Assembly (NCBI GenBank): GCA_048941015.1
Contig: JBHLNZ010000001.1
Location: forward strand, 64,001 to 128,000
Direction: 5' to 3'
From: Promethearchaeota archaeon
GTDB taxonomy: Archaea; Asgardarchaeota; Lokiarchaeia; Sigyniarchaeales; SOKP01
DNA: 64,000 nt
Positions 61,853-64,000 of the stretch are shown piece by piece. The translations under genes were made by a program, and so were the position numbers. The notes under the pieces are model-generated. The model searched no databases and had not been told where the DNA came from. It worked only from the letters and a program-made list of their open reading frames with translations. Each line of letters opens with the position of its first letter. Position 1 is the first letter of the stretch.

Positions 61853-62662
61853 CTATATTACTTTGTCATCCTTTAAATTGCTACATAAATCTTGAACCAT
61901 CTTATCTACAGTCCCTTTTAAGATTATATGCTCTCCTTTCCGTTCAGGTATAAAAATTTTCCATACTTCAGTCATTGAACCATTTAATCCAATTTCATCT
62001 TTATCTGCTTTTAAATCTTCAGCATTCCAATATGTTACTTTCTTCTTTTCGTAAGCATCAACGACTCCTTTGACACTTGGACTTCGTGGTTGGTTTATTT
62101 CCTTCAAAACAGAAATTAAAACGGGTAATTTTGTTTCTATAACAACTAGTTCTTCAGTTCTAAATGCTCTCTCAATAACTACACTATTTTTATCTTTCAT
62201 TTGAAAATTCAATACGTAAGTGATTTGTGGAATATCTAATTCTTCAGCTAACTCAGGACCAACTTGTGCGGTATCGCCATCAATAGCTTGAGTACCGCAA
62301 ATTACAATATATTTTTCATCTTTGTTTGATTCTAATAACAATTTTTTTATACCTAGTGCTAATGTGTGAGATGTGGCTAAAGTATCAGCTCCCGCGAATG
62401 CTCTGTCAGTTAAAAGATATGCATCATCAACACCCATAGCTAACGCCTCACGTAAGGCTTCTTCTGCCTGAGGAGGTCCCATACTTAGTGCAAATATTTT
62501 ACCACCATAGTTCTCTTTAATAGTTAACCCCAATTCAACAGCATGTTTATCATGAGGATTCATGATTGAAGGGATTCCTTCTCTTATGAGAGTATTACTC
62601 TTAGGGTCAATTCTTACTTCTGAAACTCCAGGTACTTGTTTTATACAAACAAAGATTTTCAT
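61853..62662 (-). CDS. etfB: Electron transfer flavoprotein beta subunit
   Basis: CIKQVP, NPHD, MGPPQA, DRAFAGADTLAT, DGDTAQVGP. Confidence 0.95.
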   Translation of the reverse strand: MKIFVCIKQVPGVSEVRIDPKSNTLIREGIPSIMNPHDKHAVELGLTIKENYGGKIFALSMGPPQAEEALREALAMGVDDAYLLTDRAFAGADTLATSHTLALGIKKLLLESNKDEKYIVICGTQAIDGDTAQVGPELAEELDIPQITYVLNFQMKDKNSVVIERAFRTEELVVIETKLPVLISVLKEINQPRSPSVKGVVDAYEKKKVTYWNAEDLKADKDEIGLNGSMTEVWKIFIPERKGEHIILKGTVDKMVQDLCSNLKDDKVI

Positions 62663-62844
62663 AATAAATCACAAATTATTCATTTTTTTACTACTATAAA
62701 ATATTAAACTCCTTTTAAACCGTATATTTTTTCATATTGATCCATTCTAATGTTATTTTACAAAAAATTAAAATTTCATACTAAGTGAAAAAGGAAATCG
62801 GGAGATAAGATCTAATTAGCTATGATCTTATAAGCTAATCTCGA

Positions 62845-63996
62845 TTATTTTGACTTCAACATATGGTTTGCAATTACCATTCTCTGGATCTCACTAGTTC
62901 CTTCATATATTTCTCCCATTTTAGCATCCCGGAAAAATCTTTCGACAGCATAAGCTTTCATTAAACCATAACCACCATGAATCTGAACTGCTTGGTGGGC
63001 TGCTTTCATTCCTGCCTCTGAAGCCAATAATTTTGCCATTGATGCTGTTAATCCATAATCCATGCCCTTATCACACATCCAAGCAGCTTTATATATCAAT
63101 AGGCGAGCTGATTCTACATCTACAGTGATATCTGCAATTTTCCATTGAATTCCTTGAAAGTTAGCAATTTTTGTCCCAAATTGTTCTCGTTCATTTGCAT
63201 ACTTAATAGATGCTTCCAAACAAGCCTGAGCTAATCCTAAACACTGAGCAGCAATAGTTATCCTACCATAGTCTAAAATTGCTAAGCCTAATCTAAATCC
63301 CGCCCCTACTTGACCCAAAATATTTTGCTCAGGGACTCTTACATTGTCGAAGACTAATTCAGAAGTATTTGAAGCTCTCACTCCTAACTTATCTTCTTTA
63401 ACTCCTACAGAATATCCTTTCGTATCAGTATCAACAATAAAAATTGTTAATTCCTTTCTTGTCCCTTTCTGTCCTGTTTTAGCGACTACTAATAAAGTTT
63501 TAGCAATTCCCCCATTTGTTGCAAAGATTTTACTTCCATTCAATACATATTCATCTCCATCTTTTTCGGCAGTTAATTGTACTCCTCCAGCGTCAGATCC
63601 AGCATTAGCTTCAGTTAAACAAAATGCTCCAATCCTTTCACCTTTAGCTAATGGAATTAAAAATTTTTGTTTTTGCTCTTCAGTTCCGAATTTATAAATT
63701 GGATATGTACAGACACTGCAATGTACTCCTGTAGTAATAGACCAAGAAGCGTCAACTCTGCCTATTTCTTCAGTAATAATCGCAAAAGCAATGGTATCAT
63801 CATGAAGCCCTGCACCACCATATTCTTGGGGTATACAAGTGCCAAAATAGTTCATCTCCTTCATCTTCTGCATAACAGTTGGATCTAATTCAGATTTCTG
63901 ATCACTTTCTTCGGCAATAGGAGCAATATATTTTTCAGCAAACTCACGGGTTTGTTTTCTAATCATTTTTTGTTTTTCAGTTAATGAAAAATCCAT
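62845..63996 (-). CDS. Acyl-CoA dehydrogenase (butyryl-CoA dehydrogenase-like)
   Basis: FCLTEANAGSD, NGSKIFATNG, REQFG, QIHGGYG, EIYEGTSEIQR. Confidence 0.93.
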   Translation of the reverse strand: MDFSLTEKQKMIRKQTREFAEKYIAPIAEESDQKSELDPTVMQKMKEMNYFGTCIPQEYGGAGLHDDTIAFAIITEEIGRVDASWSITTGVHCSVCTYPIYKFGTEEQKQKFLIPLAKGERIGAFCLTEANAGSDAGGVQLTAEKDGDEYVLNGSKIFATNGGIAKTLLVVAKTGQKGTRKELTIFIVDTDTKGYSVGVKEDKLGVRASNTSELVFDNVRVPEQNILGQVGAGFRLGLAILDYGRITIAAQCLGLAQACLEASIKYANEREQFGTKIANFQGIQWKIADITVDVESARLLIYKAAWMCDKGMDYGLTASMAKLLASEAGMKAAHQAVQIHGGYGLMKAYAVERFFRDAKMGEIYEGTSEIQRMVIANHMLKSK

Positions 63997-64000
63997 ATAA

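Noticed and set aside
62797-62846. Inverted repeats after the acyl-CoA dehydrogenase stop (ATAAGATC/GATCTTAT)
   Set aside because: Short and AT-rich; plausibly an ordinary terminator or stability hairpin, not enough to call.
1089-63888. Many 60-135 aa ORFs antisense or out of frame within long genes (e.g. 5192-5599, 45425-45688, 63344-63697)
   Set aside because: Shadow ORFs of well-supported genes.
1-64000. CRISPR array, transposases, rRNA
   Set aside because: No regularly spaced repeats, transposase motifs or long GC-rich RNA genes were seen.

Overview
AT-rich (roughly 30% GC by eye, not computed) archaeal chromosomal window. It is most consistent with an Asgard archaeon (Lokiarchaeia-like), inferred from longin/roadblock-GTPase fusions, eukaryote-like E2/JAB/ubiquitin-like genes, 7TM-zinc-finger and wHTH-TPR proteins, TATA-type promoters and a CCA-less tRNA. 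Contents from left to right: a D-amino-acid/peptide scavenging cluster ending in a truncated ridA (0.5-6.2 kb); transporters and housekeeping enzymes; tRNA-Pro(CGG); a tandem-wHTH-TPR regulator divergent from two small ORFs and a GC-rich hairpin; a MarR operon; five tandem alpha/beta hydrolases; an AmmeMemoRadiSam radical SAM gene and a MoxR/VWA pair. Energy and amino-acid fermentation genes (IorAB, ADP-forming acyl-CoA synthetase, EtfAB, acyl-CoA dehydrogenase) close the window. The most notable locus is 41.4-48.5 kb: a ubiquitin-like conjugation cassette (JAB, E1, E2, Ubl ending GG-FF) bracketed by two inverted paralogous degenerate small GTPases, one fused to a longin-like domain and one to a TIR domain that keeps the catalytic-position Glu. 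Next to it lie a caspase-fold-like protease pair and a 7TM protein with a C4C4 RING-like finger. This is a candidate ubiquitin/TIR signalling or immune module. All product calls come from motif recognition by eye; no database searches were run.
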